64,000 nt of DNA. Source: a bacterium. GTDB lineage: Bacteria > Patescibacteriota > Minisyncoccia > Phycocordibacterales > Phycocordibacteraceae. The position numbers and the translations under genes were made by a program. The stretch's first letter is position 1; the number at the start of each line of letters is the position of its first letter. The notes under the pieces were generated by a model, which was given only the letters and a program-made list of their open reading frames with translations, did no database searches and was not told the origin of the DNA. Shown here one piece after another: positions 27,558 through 37,296 of this stretch. The stretch lies in contig JAJZRL010000002.1 of assembly GCA_021802705.1 (NCBI GenBank), forward strand, positions 25,913 through 89,912. The letters run 5' to 3'.

Positions 27558-30007
27558 GGAATGTTCTCGGGCGTTAGGGTGAAGGTGTCGCCGTCCTTGA
27601 TGGCTCCGGCAAGAAGCTTCTGCGCGACAAGGTTCTCTACCTTGTCCTGGATGATGCGGCGCAACGGGCGCATGCCGAACTCTTCGTCAAAGCCGCGCTC
27701 GACGAGCCTTGCAAGCGTCGGTTCGTCTGCCGCGACGGTAATGCCCTTCCCTTTAAGCCGTTCGTTGAGGTCGGCGATGAGGAGTGTCGCGACCTGCATC
27801 GTCTCTGCTTGCGTGAGCGGCTTGAACATGGCGATGGCATCGAAACGGTTTAGGAATTCCGGACGGAATATGCCTTGTTTTTGCAACGTTTCAAGCACCC
27901 GCTCCTGAAATCCGGGGTCGTGCGCGGTACCCGCAACGAGCGATTCGCGGATGAGCTCGGCACCGGCGTTGGACGTGGCGATGATGATCGTATTCGTGAA
28001 ATCGATCGTGCGCCCGAGCGCGTCCGTCAAACGGCCGTCATCAAGCACCTGTAAAAAGAGGTTAAGGATGTCCGGATGAGCCTTTTCGACTTCATCGAGC
28101 AAGATGAGCGAGAACGGGCTGTCCATGATTGCTGTTGTGAGCGTTCCGCCCTCGTGGTCATACCCGATGAGCCGGTGCACGGAATCGGGCTGTTGGTACT
28201 CGGACATATCGAAGCGCACCATGCGTTTTTCCGAACCGAAATAGGTTGCGGCAAGCACTTTCGCGGTTTCGGTTTTACCGACCCCGGTCGGTCCGAAGAA
28301 TAAGAACGATCCTATCGGCTTTTTCGCGGATGCGATACCGGCGCGGGCGCGGCGCAATGCGTTTGCGATCGCGGATATGGCCTCGTCCTGGCCGACGACG
28401 CGCCTGTGGAGCGCCTGTTCGAGCGTGAGGAGTACGGTACGCTCCTCGTCCGATATCCTACCGATCGGTATCTGCGTCCTTTGGCGCACGACGGTTTCGA
28501 CGTGTTCCGCGGTCACGACGCCGCTCTGCTTCGTTGCGGCAAGCACAGCCGCCTCTTGTAAGAGGTCGATGGCCTTTTCCGGAAAGGGAGCATTCTTAAT
28601 GAAGCGGTCAGAGAGTTCCACCGCGGCTTTTATCGCCTGGTAGAGGATCCACACGTTATCGTGCCGCTCGATGTGCGGGATAACATCACGCAAGATGGCA
28701 TAGACATGCTCTTTGGCCGGCGCGCGCATCTCCACCTTCTCGAAGAGGCGCATGAGATCGGGGTGCGCCGCGATGCTTTCGTGATACCCCTCGTATGTCG
28801 TGAGGCCGATGATCTGTAAACGCTCGGAAGCCAGATATGGCAGGAGCACCTGTGTCGCGTCAACCGTACCCGCCGCGTGCGAGACATCGAATAAATCCTG
28901 TATATTCTCGATAAGGAGAATGATATTGCCAGCACGTATCGCTTCGTTCAGTACGGATTGCAGGCGCGCCTCTACCTCGCTCTCATTCGCAAGGTTCGCG
29001 ACAAGCACGCCGACATTGAGCTGAAGCACGCGCTTATGCGAAAGCGCGGTCAACGCTTTCCCGAGCGCGATACGCTCCGCGAGCGCCGACACGGTAAGGA
29101 GCTTCCCGATGCCCGGCTCTCCGACAAGAATGACGTTGTTCTTCCCGTCGCGCGCCAGAATACGCTCGATTGACTCCGTTTCCTCCTGACGGCCATAGAG
29201 ATGAGGAGAAAATCCTTTTCCTGCGAATTTGTTTATCTCGACAGCGTACTCCTCAAGGCGCGGCGTATAGCCCGAAGCCCAACCTCGACCGATGCTGCGC
29301 GTACGCATGAGATTGTAGGTGCTCCAAAAACGGCGCTGCTGCTTGCGGCGCGCTTCGTTTTCGGCCTGCCAATCAAGGAGAGTGCGCAAATCCGCCGCTT
29401 CGAGCTTTGCGTCGAGGAGAAATTGTTTCAGGAAAGGAGACGCTGTCGCAAGACCGGAAAAAAGATCGCGCCAGCCAAGCATCAGAGGGAGATCGCGTTC
29501 ACGGCGGTCTTCAAGACACGCTCGAAGAAACGACGGAAGTTCGTTTTCGGCGGATGTCTGTGGAAGACGCTGCAGATAGCCCTTAACGGCCTGGCGGAAG
29601 TTCTGGGGCGTCGTACCCATACGGGCAAGAACGAAATCGATCCCCGAAACCGCGAGCAAAGGAAGGAGAAGCGCGGAGATATCGCCGCGGAAAGCGCTCA
29701 CGACAACGAGCGCTTCATAATCGAGGTATTCGGCCAGATTCTCCTCCCCCGGTTCAGGCGGCGAGAACATTTCGAGATACGATTCGGAAAAGAGCGTGTA
29801 CACGAAAAGCGCATATGCGGCAACCGCAGCAAACAACGCAAGATGCCAGTTCTCCGCAGCATGCACACCGAAAAACCAGAAGCCGAAAAAGATGGCGGCC
29901 GCCAGCGTCGCGATCCCGGCTACGAAACGCGAAACCTTCGGCGGCACGACGACGCCGAGACGGACAGCGCGATAGAGACGAGTGCGTTTCGGCTTAACGT
30001 ACTCCAT
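27554..30007 (-). CDS. ClpA/ClpB-family AAA+ ATPase with N-terminal transmembrane segments
   Basis: Two N-terminal TMs; NBD1 GEPGIGKL / LIENIQ (degenerate); NBD2 GPTGVGKT, DMSEY, LDEVEKAH, FRPEFLNR, GMRPLRR. Confidence 0.88.
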   Translation of the reverse strand: MEYVKPKRTRLYRAVRLGVVVPPKVSRFVAGIATLAAAIFFGFWFFGVHAAENWHLALFAAVAAYALFVYTLFSESYLEMFSPPEPGEENLAEYLDYEALVVVSAFRGDISALLLPLLAVSGIDFVLARMGTTPQNFRQAVKGYLQRLPQTSAENELPSFLRACLEDRRERDLPLMLGWRDLFSGLATASPFLKQFLLDAKLEAADLRTLLDWQAENEARRKQQRRFWSTYNLMRTRSIGRGWASGYTPRLEEYAVEINKFAGKGFSPHLYGRQEETESIERILARDGKNNVILVGEPGIGKLLTVSALAERIALGKALTALSHKRVLQLNVGVLVANLANESEVEARLQSVLNEAIRAGNIILLIENIQDLFDVSHAAGTVDATQVLLPYLASERLQIIGLTTYEGYHESIAAHPDLMRLFEKVEMRAPAKEHVYAILRDVIPHIERHDNVWILYQAIKAAVELSDRFIKNAPFPEKAIDLLQEAAVLAATKQSGVVTAEHVETVVRQRTQIPIGRISDEERTVLLTLEQALHRRVVGQDEAISAIANALRRARAGIASAKKPIGSFLFFGPTGVGKTETAKVLAATYFGSEKRMVRFDMSEYQQPDSVHRLIGYDHEGGTLTTAIMDSPFSLILLDEVEKAHPDILNLFLQVLDDGRLTDALGRTIDFTNTIIIATSNAGAELIRESLVAGTAHDPGFQERVLETLQKQGIFRPEFLNRFDAIAMFKPLTQAETMQVATLLIADLNERLKGKGITVAADEPTLARLVERGFDEEFGMRPLRRIIQDKVENLVAQKLLAGAIKDGDTFTLTPENIP

Positions 30008-30494
30008 GGTTGAAAAAGTCCAGAAACGAAGGAGATGTCGTCGGGATCGAGAAGTGCGGCATCGCCAAGGAAGGCGGAGCGGCAGGAGTTGTGAGGCCAA
30101 ACAAGAGAAGGAAAGGGGCCGTGAACCATAGCGCGAGGCAAACCGGCCCGAGCATAACGATGCCAAACTCAACGACGAGTCCGATCGCGATCGTGACGCA
30201 TCGTATCAACAGACCGACGATACGCGAAACGCTATTAACGATAGCGGTGCGCAGATAAAGCGTAAGGTCGAATCCGCCATAGATTTCGGTATCGCGATGC
30301 CAGGGCGCAAAGAGCGTGCGCAGGAGGAACCCGATAGAAAAGTAATTGAGGTTTGCAGCAAGGTAGTTACGCCAGATGCTGACAATATTCTTCGGCGCGA
30401 TAACGATATACCAGTATAGAAACGCGGTCGCGACGCTTCCCCCGACAGGCATCGTCGGCGAAGTACCCCTGTCTGCCTCGAGAGCGTCGTCCAT
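29994..30494 (-). CDS. Membrane protein translationally coupled to the Clp ATPase
   Basis: FLYWY..., FSI..LLRTLFAPW, SR.VG..IR; overlaps the ATPase start. Confidence 0.75.
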   Translation of the reverse strand: MDDALEADRGTSPTMPVGGSVATAFLYWYIVIAPKNIVSIWRNYLAANLNYFSIGFLLRTLFAPWHRDTEIYGGFDLTLYLRTAIVNSVSRIVGLLIRCVTIAIGLVVEFGIVMLGPVCLALWFTAPFLLLFGLTTPAAPPSLAMPHFSIPTTSPSFLDFFNHGVR

Positions 30495-30648
30495 AGATGA
30501 GCGGTTGTCTTTAAAGTATACCAACCCGTTCTCCAGGGGAGAATACGGTACCCACCACCTGCTAAAGACGCACGGATGCCAAAAGGAACTACACAGCCGG
30601 TGCATAAATCGCATATGCCCGCACACTATTTGTTGGTATCATCAAAGC

Positions 30649-31122
30649 ATGCCGCAAGTTTCCGTCTTTGAGTGGGAAGGGCGTGAATACGAACACAATC
30701 CGAAGAGCGCGGATTGGTATTGGGCTCTTGGTATCGTCGCGGTCGCAGGAACCGTGGCGCTCGTGCTCTTCGGCAATTATCTGCTCGCCGTGCTCGTCGT
30801 CGTCGCGACTGTCGCGATCGCGCTCCACGCGGCAAAGACTCCTCCCCTTCATCGCTTCCAGCTTACCGAGCACGGCCTCTTTATAGGAGAAGAGCTGCAC
30901 CCTTTCGAACGAATGCTCTCTTTTACGGTTCTTGAAGATATCGAAGGGAAACTTCCACCGATCCTTTCCATCAAGAATGAGAGCTGGCTGTCGCCTCACC
31001 TTATCGTTCCGCTTGCAGAAATCGATGTCGACGCCGTGTACGCGCTTCTTCTCAAGCATGTGGATGAGCAGGAACATCGGCATACCTTTACCGACGTAGT
31101 GGCGGCGTGGCTCGGATTCTGA
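30649..31122 (+). CDS. Conserved hypothetical membrane protein (2 TM + PH-like domain)
   Basis: FEWEGREYEH..KSADWYW, two TMs; leaderless-type start. Confidence 0.75.
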   Translation: MPQVSVFEWEGREYEHNPKSADWYWALGIVAVAGTVALVLFGNYLLAVLVVVATVAIALHAAKTPPLHRFQLTEHGLFIGEELHPFERMLSFTVLEDIEGKLPPILSIKNESWLSPHLIVPLAEIDVDAVYALLLKHVDEQEHRHTFTDVVAAWLGF

Positions 31123-31210
31123 TATACATCGGAACAGCTCTCTCGTGAGAGGGGCGTGCGCGTATGCGTCTCGTGCACTATACTGAAAACGTTTGCCGTG
31201 CTCTCGTAGC

Positions 31211-31282
31211 GCTCTCGTCGTTCAACGGATAGGACACCGGCTTGCGGAGCCGGCAATAGAGGTTCGATTCCTCTCGAGAGCA
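31211..31282 (+). tRNA. tRNA-Arg (GCG)
   Basis: GCTCTCG acceptor, CCGGC-TTGCGGA-GCCGG anticodon arm. Confidence 0.9.
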
Positions 31283-31288
31283 CCCACT

Positions 31289-31639
31289 ATGTCCCGCGTA
31301 GCCGAGTACCTTTTCGCCTTTCTTGCCGGAGGAGCATTTACTCTCATGGTAACGGCATTCGAGCTTTCGGGATTCCCGACGATTTCCCGTATCGCCGCTC
31401 TTTTTCCGGTCGTTACGTGGGTCTCGTATCTTTTCATCGGACACCTTGATGGCGCGGCAGCGGTTTCCCGGCATGCCCTCTTCGTCATGTTCGGTACGCT
31501 CGTGGCATGGATGCCTTACATGTTCATCATCTACTACTTCGCTCCCCGCATCGGCGTGACATGGTCGATAGTATCAGGCATATTCGTATTCCTGCTTCTC
31601 GCTTTCATCTTTGCACTCGTGTATAACAATGTAGCGTAG
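31289..31639 (+). CDS. Small 4-TM membrane protein (DUF3147-like)
   Basis: FLAGG, IAALFP, four hydrophobic helices; lies between two tRNA-Arg genes. Confidence 0.65.
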   Translation: MSRVAEYLFAFLAGGAFTLMVTAFELSGFPTISRIAALFPVVTWVSYLFIGHLDGAAAVSRHALFVMFGTLVAWMPYMFIIYYFAPRIGVTWSIVSGIFVFLLLAFIFALVYNNVA

Positions 31640-31654
31640 CTGTTACGTCCCTTA

Positions 31655-31726
31655 CCTCTCATCGTTCAACGGATAGGACACCTCCCTCCGAAGGAGGAAA
31701 TGCAGGTTCGATTCCTGCTGAGAGGA
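31655..31726 (+). tRNA. tRNA-Arg (CCG)
   Basis: CCTCTCA acceptor, CCTCC-CTCCGAA-GGAGG anticodon arm. Confidence 0.92.
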
Positions 31727-31742
31727 CCGAGAACCTCCATAC

Positions 31743-31770
31743 AAAAACCGCCGTCTGAAGACGGCGGTTA
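31743..31770. terminator. Terminator between convergent units
   Basis: aaccgccgtc-tgaa-gacggcggtt with flanking A-run. Confidence 0.7.
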
Positions 31771-31788
31771 AGAATGTGTCGCGCTTCG

Positions 31789-31977
31789 TTATTGTGCAGC
31801 AGCATCAGATTCCGATAAGCAGCTTGTCAGTTCGGTATCGCGCTGTCTAAGCTTATTCTCCTTCTCGTAGATATCATTGCAGGTACGTGAACAGACGACC
31901 CCTTCCTCATACACCGCGAACGTATAGGTGTACGACCGAGTCCCGCACCCAAGACATGGTATGCGTTCAGTCTCCAT
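31789..31977 (-). CDS. Small CxxC...CSxxC putative zinc-binding protein
   Basis: CLGC...CSRTC; AAGGAG SD. Confidence 0.6.
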   Translation of the reverse strand: METERIPCLGCGTRSYTYTFAVYEEGVVCSRTCNDIYEKENKLRQRDTELTSCLSESDAAAQ

Positions 31978-32065
31978 AGGAATCTCCTTCCGAAAAGACA
32001 GGAAAAGCTCCTGATAACAGGATACCGCAGAACGTCTGCTTTAGAGAATTATGAACAGGGGTTCT

Positions 32066-32329
32066 TTAAGCCGCACGACGAATGAGTGTCGCGAGACGCG
32101 ATTTTTTACGATCAGCGGTATTGTCCTTTATGACTCCGCGCTTGCGAGCCTTATCGATAGCCGCATACGCCGCGGGAAGCAGCTTCTCAGCCCCTGAAAC
32201 ATCCTTTGCGGCAATCTTCTTTGATACCGCCTTCGTCGCGCTTCGTAGCGCGTCCTTGCGGCGCAGGTTGAAAATACGCTTCTTCTCCGAAGAGCGCGCG
32301 GCCTTTTTTGCCGAACTCGTAATTGCCAT
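32066..32329 (-). CDS. rpsT: 30S ribosomal protein S20
   Basis: MAITSSAKKA, IDKARKRGVIKDNTADRKKSRL. Confidence 0.95.
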   Translation of the reverse strand: MAITSSAKKAARSSEKKRIFNLRRKDALRSATKAVSKKIAAKDVSGAEKLLPAAYAAIDKARKRGVIKDNTADRKKSRLATLIRRAA

Positions 32330-32425
32330 ATGAAACTAATCTACCGCCAAGCAAGAGAAACCGCAAGCGAGACGGCGGCGGCGCTTCTTTGCCTCATAAG
32401 CGTCAAGGAATGCTAGGATAGCCTT

Positions 32426-32971
32426 ATGATCCGGCGCATCCGCGGACAAGTGATCGACACGACAGCGACAAGCGCCCTCATCGAGGTTGCCGGATTCGGC
32501 ATCGAAGTGCGTATGAATGATCCGGAAACGCTTCTCGTGGGAAGCGAGGCGCGCCTTTCGACCCACCTGGCGATCAAACAGGATGGCATGGAGCTTTACG
32601 GCTTTACGGAGACGGCTGACCGTGATTTTTTCGAGCTCATACTCTCGGTCTCCGGCATAGGCCCCAAAACGGCATTGTCTGTGCTGCGCCGCGCGCGCCG
32701 CGAAGCGCTTGAAGGCGCCATCGGCGCGCGCGATCTCGGCTACCTTACCGCCATCGTCGGGCTCGGCAAAAAAAGCGCGGAAAAAATGATCGTCGAGCTT
32801 GCCGACAAGATCGGGGCGCACGCACACGACGGCGAGGACGGCGAGGTTTTTGAAACGCTCATCGCGCTCGGATTCACCGAACGGGAAGCGCGCAAGGCGC
32901 TCCAGACGGTCCCTGACACGACGACCGGCAAGGAGGCGCGTCTCAAGGCCGCGCTCTCCGCACGAGCATGA
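32426..32971 (+). CDS. ruvA: Holliday junction branch migration protein RuvA
   Basis: MIRRIRG, LYGF, VSGIGPKTAL, GLGKKSAEKM, LIALGF. Confidence 0.93.
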   Translation: MIRRIRGQVIDTTATSALIEVAGFGIEVRMNDPETLLVGSEARLSTHLAIKQDGMELYGFTETADRDFFELILSVSGIGPKTALSVLRRARREALEGAIGARDLGYLTAIVGLGKKSAEKMIVELADKIGAHAHDGEDGEVFETLIALGFTEREARKALQTVPDTTTGKEARLKAALSARA

Positions 32972-34200
32972 ACCGCCGTTTGCGACGGCTCGTGCTTGCT
33001 CCCTATCACTATGCATGGGCATGGTTCGCGGCATTCCGGCATGGATTCCCCGCGAGCAACCTGGCCGTCATCGGCGTTACCGGCACCAAAGGGAAATCGT
33101 CGGTCGCCGAGATGCTTTACGCGATACTTGAGACGAGCGGGCGCAAGACGGCTCTTGCCGGAACGATCCGCTTCGCGATCGGGGACGAATCGCGGCCGAA
33201 CCTCTTCAAGATGACCCTGCCTGGCCGCGGATTCATACAGGAGTTCCTCGCCACCGCGCAAAAGAAAGGATGCACGCATGCCGTCGTCGAGATAACCAGC
33301 GAAGGAGCGCTCCAATACCGGCACCTCGGTCTCGAACTCGACGCTCTCATTTTCACCAATCTCCAGAAAGAACATATAGAGTCGCACGGTTCGATGGAGC
33401 ACTATGCCCGCGCGAAATTCAAAATCGGCGAGTCGCTCGCGAAATCGCGGAAACGCCCGCGGGCGATCATCGCGAACGCCGAATCCTCGTATGCGGCTCC
33501 GTATCTTGCGCTTCCGGTTGAGGCGCACATCCCCTTCTCTTTTGCTGATGTCGAAGAAACCTCTATTTCGGAGAACGGCATATCGTTTACGTATAAACAC
33601 GTTCTGTTCTCAATCCCTCAACCGGGCCGTTTTTCCGTGGAGAACGCTCTCGCGGCAATCAAAGCCGCGGAGTGGCTTGGCGTACCGCTTGCGACATGCG
33701 CCCAGGCGCTTGCGGCGCTTACGCACATTCCCGGACGCGCGGAACGTATCGACGTGGGCCAGGGTTTCCTGGCAATCGTCGATTACGCACATACGCCGGA
33801 TTCGTTGCGAGCGCTCTACGGCGCATTTCGGAACCGTCGAAAAATATGCGTCCTTGGCAACACCGGCGGCGGCCGCGACACGTGGAAGCGTCCAGAAATG
33901 GGGAAAATAGCCGAAGAATCATGCGACATGGTCATCCTTACGAACGAAGATCCTTATGATGAAGATCCCCGCACGATCGTAGACGCGATGGCAAGCGGCA
34001 TGCAGCGCGCGCCGGACATTATTCTGGATAGGCGCGAGGCAATACGCGCCGCGCTTCGCGCGGCGCGCACGGGCGACGCCGTGCTCGTATCCGGAAAAGG
34101 CACCGATCCGTTCATCATGGGCGCGAGCGGCTCGAAAACGCCCTGGAGCGATGCTCGGGTCGTCCGCGAAGAGCTTGAACGGCTTCTTACGCGAAACTAG
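32968..34200 (+). CDS. murE: Mur ligase, MurE-like (lacks the N-terminal domain)
   Basis: GVTGTKGKSS, EITSEG, TNL..EHIE.H, PGR.E, VDYAHTPDS, GGGRD.WKRP, NEDPY.EDP, GKG. Confidence 0.8.
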   Translation: MNRRLRRLVLAPYHYAWAWFAAFRHGFPASNLAVIGVTGTKGKSSVAEMLYAILETSGRKTALAGTIRFAIGDESRPNLFKMTLPGRGFIQEFLATAQKKGCTHAVVEITSEGALQYRHLGLELDALIFTNLQKEHIESHGSMEHYARAKFKIGESLAKSRKRPRAIIANAESSYAAPYLALPVEAHIPFSFADVEETSISENGISFTYKHVLFSIPQPGRFSVENALAAIKAAEWLGVPLATCAQALAALTHIPGRAERIDVGQGFLAIVDYAHTPDSLRALYGAFRNRRKICVLGNTGGGRDTWKRPEMGKIAEESCDMVILTNEDPYDEDPRTIVDAMASGMQRAPDIILDRREAIRAALRAARTGDAVLVSGKGTDPFIMGASGSKTPWSDARVVREELERLLTRN

Positions 34201-34223
34201 AGAACTCCTGGTATTATGGTCGC

Positions 34224-35201
34224 ATGCCGCAACGCGACGCCTGGATTTTCGTAGGGATATTCGTTTTCATATTCGCTGTCTGGTTCGCTCTCGGCGGCCC
34301 GACGCGTCCGCTCGATATCACGTTCCCCGCTCTCGAAAAATCAGGCGGCTCTTTCGGATTCGGACAGATGTTCGCAAGCAGCACGAACCGTTTCTCGCTC
34401 CCGCGCGCGCCTCTTGGCATCGGCAATTCGTATATATCTCTCCCCGGCTCCTCTCATGGGGCGGCTGGATTCTCAGGCAGCACGGGGATACTGCTGCCGC
34501 CCATCGTCGGCGGAACCCGTTCCGCTTCCCCGTATCAAGGGGTCGTGTCGATGAACCACTATATTTCGGGCGCCGGCTCGCAAGATCCGTCAAACGAGTA
34601 CGTCGAGATAACCGTGGCACAAAACGCGCCCGGACCCGTCGATATCACCGGATGGAGGCTTGAGAGCGATGCGACCGGAGCGGCGGCTGTCATCCCGAAG
34701 GGCACGAAAGTCCCTTTGTCCGGAATCGTTAACGCCGCGGAAGATATCGTGCTTTCTCCGGGCGAACACGCGTTTATCATTTCGGGTCAGTCTCCCATCG
34801 GAGCATCGTTCCAAGAAAATAAATGCATCGGTTATTTCAGCGATTTCCAGCAATTCCAGCCGTCCTTGCCGCAAAATTGTCCGACACCGTCGAGCGAATT
34901 GCGTTCCTTCTACGGTGCAACGTACATTCGTGACGCAGCGTGCATCGATTACGTCAATACGCTTCATCGCTGTCAGGTCATGCTTACTCCGCCGACCACC
35001 GTTTCGGGAACATGCCAGAATTTCCTCGTCACCTATCTCAATTACAACGGATGCGTCGATGCCCACAGGAACGATGCCGATTTTATGGGCGATACGTGGC
35101 ATGTTTATCTCGGTCGCACGAATTCGATGTGGCGCACCCGCTATGAAATCGTGAAGCTCGTCGATGCGCAAGGGAAACTCGTCGATGCGTTCAGCTACTA
35201 G
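34224..35201 (+). CDS. Membrane-anchored lamin-tail-like domain protein
   Basis: NEYVEI....VDITGWRL, L.PGE, C-terminal LVDAQGKLVD.FSY; Cys-rich insert. Confidence 0.7.
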   Translation: MPQRDAWIFVGIFVFIFAVWFALGGPTRPLDITFPALEKSGGSFGFGQMFASSTNRFSLPRAPLGIGNSYISLPGSSHGAAGFSGSTGILLPPIVGGTRSASPYQGVVSMNHYISGAGSQDPSNEYVEITVAQNAPGPVDITGWRLESDATGAAAVIPKGTKVPLSGIVNAAEDIVLSPGEHAFIISGQSPIGASFQENKCIGYFSDFQQFQPSLPQNCPTPSSELRSFYGATYIRDAACIDYVNTLHRCQVMLTPPTTVSGTCQNFLVTYLNYNGCVDAHRNDADFMGDTWHVYLGRTNSMWRTRYEIVKLVDAQGKLVDAFSY

Positions 35202-35278
35202 CAAGCATTCGACTGGAAAAATAAAACGAAAAGAGTACAGTACGAATACGCTCAGGCGGCTTGCCCGGACATTTTGAA

Positions 35279-35354
35279 GCGCCCATAGCTCAGTCGGTAG
35301 AGCAGCTCCCTTTTAAGGAGACGGTCCCAGGTTCGAGCCCTGGTGGGCGCACCA
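35279..35354 (+). tRNA. tRNA-Lys (TTT)
   Basis: GCGCCCA acceptor, loop CTTTTAA, encoded CCA. Confidence 0.95.
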
Positions 35355-35822
35355 AAACGGGCTTATTATAAGCCCACCTGTTTGTACGATTTCTTGATGG
35401 TCTGGTTCTTTCTGGTTGCGGTAATATGCAGCTTCGAGAGCCAAAAGTGCTTCGAAAATCGGAGCTGGAACGGATTTTAATAACCCCCGTCCGGTCACTC
35501 AAAATGGTCACAGAAGAATATCGTGTAGTGCCGTTTGAGGTCGGATGAGGATTTCCTGCGCAATATCCACGCTCAGCTACCGCTGGTCTTCAAGACGAAG
35601 TAACAGGACTTTTGAATGGCGCTCGAAAGGAGTAAGATACAGGGGTGCGATATGGCCTAAACCTGGCTTCGGCTGGGCATGGCTACAAAACCAATCACGG
35701 TAGAAAGCTCCTCGTCAGGAGCAACCGTGATTGGTCATGTCGGGAAACTGGCATGGGTAGCGAAAGCTATCGCCTGGCGGGGAGCTTTTTGCATTGCTCC
35801 TTGTCGTTTCTTTCAAGACGAA

Positions 35823-36383
35823 ATGACAATTTCCTCAGAACAAAAAGATTTTATAGAAAAAGAGATTCTAAGTCGCACTTTGCAGGGCGCATTTCAACGT
35901 GTGCAGATATATGACAAAAGTGCGACGAACGAAGACCGTGAACAATTTCGTGAGATAGCAAGAAATCTTTTGCGCAAAAGTTCTGTGCCGTATCGTATAC
36001 GGAAGATATCATCGCAAGAACATATAAATAACATCGACACTCTTAAAAGTGAACTGAAGATCGTAAAATTCGGCGTGGCACAAAAGCTTCTTAATCTCTA
36101 TTTGAAATGGCTGTGGTGCGCCGGGTATCTGTATGATGCTCCGCCGCACTGTCCAATCGATTCGATTATCCTTGCAAAGATTAAGACACAAGAACCCCGC
36201 TGGCCTCTTTTGAGTAAAGAACTCTACGAAGAACGAGTTAGAAAGATTAGCGAAATTGCTCAACAAGAAGGTCTCGAAATAGCTTCATGGGAATTGCGTT
36301 TCTTTAATCACTGGAATCCTGCTTATGGAGCTGGGGATAAACCCGGTAGGAAGAAATCCGAGAAGGTTTTAAAACAAAAATAA
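35823..36383 (+). CDS. Hypothetical protein, possible helical DNA-glycosylase-like fold
   Basis: FGVAQKLLNLYLKWLW...HCPIDSIIL...W motif. Confidence 0.65.
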   Translation: MTISSEQKDFIEKEILSRTLQGAFQRVQIYDKSATNEDREQFREIARNLLRKSSVPYRIRKISSQEHINNIDTLKSELKIVKFGVAQKLLNLYLKWLWCAGYLYDAPPHCPIDSIILAKIKTQEPRWPLLSKELYEERVRKISEIAQQEGLEIASWELRFFNHWNPAYGAGDKPGRKKSEKVLKQK

Positions 36384-36385
36384 CT

Positions 36386-36622
36386 ATGGGATGGGCAATT
36401 TTATGGGGAATGATAATTGGAGGAACGAGTAATAATAGCGGGGTCGGTTTTCTTGCCTTCATCATTATTTGGCTTTTCGTCGATGATAGGAATGCAACAA
36501 TTCATAATGCAACTGTAGTAATCAACAAACTGCAACAAAGGATAATTGAGCTTGAATCAGAACTTAGTATTGCAAGAAGTGCCAAACCAAAGAAACGGGA
36601 GAAAGAATGGAACGTCTTATGA
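36386..36622 (+). CDS. Small membrane protein with coiled coil
   Basis: Hydrophobic N-terminus, LQQRIIELESEL. Confidence 0.55.
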   Translation: MGWAILWGMIIGGTSNNSGVGFLAFIIIWLFVDDRNATIHNATVVINKLQQRIIELESELSIARSAKPKKREKEWNVL

Positions 36623-37296
36623 AGCAAATATGCCTCGGCATCATTTACGGTCTTGTTATCGCCATCGCCATAATACTCACCATCTCTTGGTATCAGAGTC
36701 AGCGCAAGGAAGTAAGCATGGCTTCTGCCGTAGTTGCTACCTCAACCGAGCCCTCTCAAATGAGCGAAGAGGATCAACAGTATGCCAAGATAAATCCGAA
36801 CTGCGCTTTGTATTACGAAAACTTAGGGGTGGGAACAGACTCTTTCTCTGTTGAGCTTTCTGACTTCACGAATCTACACCCGCTCGCTGACTTCCTCTGT
36901 GGCAAGTATTCAGATGTCATGAAAATGACTCTCTCTGATGGCAAGACCCTATACTTCATCGCTCCTATCTCCTCGTTAGGCTGTGGCAGTGGTGGCTGCA
37001 CCTACTATCCTATGCTTGAAGTCAGGCCGGGTGTAGTTCGTCATTTGCGAGGATTCGACGCCTATTCTGATGCAGGTTCGACAACTACAGCCACAGTGCA
37101 AAAAGATACTGATGGTTCGGTGTTCGGCTTCCTGTCTTTCGGCTCTCAAAGACACTCCGTGGATGTCTATTGGCACGAAAGTGCGCAATGCGGAACGACA
37201 AATACCTATGCCTTCAACAGTAAAGACGAACCTGTGTTAATCTCCGCGTCTGATAGTTGTTTACCTGGGAAGGGCATCTTATATCCGACGAAGTGA
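36619..37296 (+). CDS. Membrane-anchored secreted protein with CGSGGC motif
   Basis: N-terminal TM; LGCGSGGCTYY; ATGA overlap with the preceding gene. Confidence 0.65.
   Translation: MKQICLGIIYGLVIAIAIILTISWYQSQRKEVSMASAVVATSTEPSQMSEEDQQYAKINPNCALYYENLGVGTDSFSVELSDFTNLHPLADFLCGKYSDVMKMTLSDGKTLYFIAPISSLGCGSGGCTYYPMLEVRPGVVRHLRGFDAYSDAGSTTTATVQKDTDGSVFGFLSFGSQRHSVDVYWHESAQCGTTNTYAFNSKDEPVLISASDSCLPGKGILYPTK

Noticed and set aside
31200-31218. 8-nt duplication (gctctcgt) at the 5' end of tRNA-Arg(GCG)
   Set aside because: Too short to distinguish from chance; no associated element
18168-35354. tRNA introns or split tRNAs
   Set aside because: All nine tRNAs fold as contiguous cloverleaves of normal length
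35290-35511. Short minus-strand ORFs running into tRNA-Lys as a recombinase remnant
   Set aside because: They read through the antisense of the tRNA and show no catalytic motif; cannot be supported beyond the islet call
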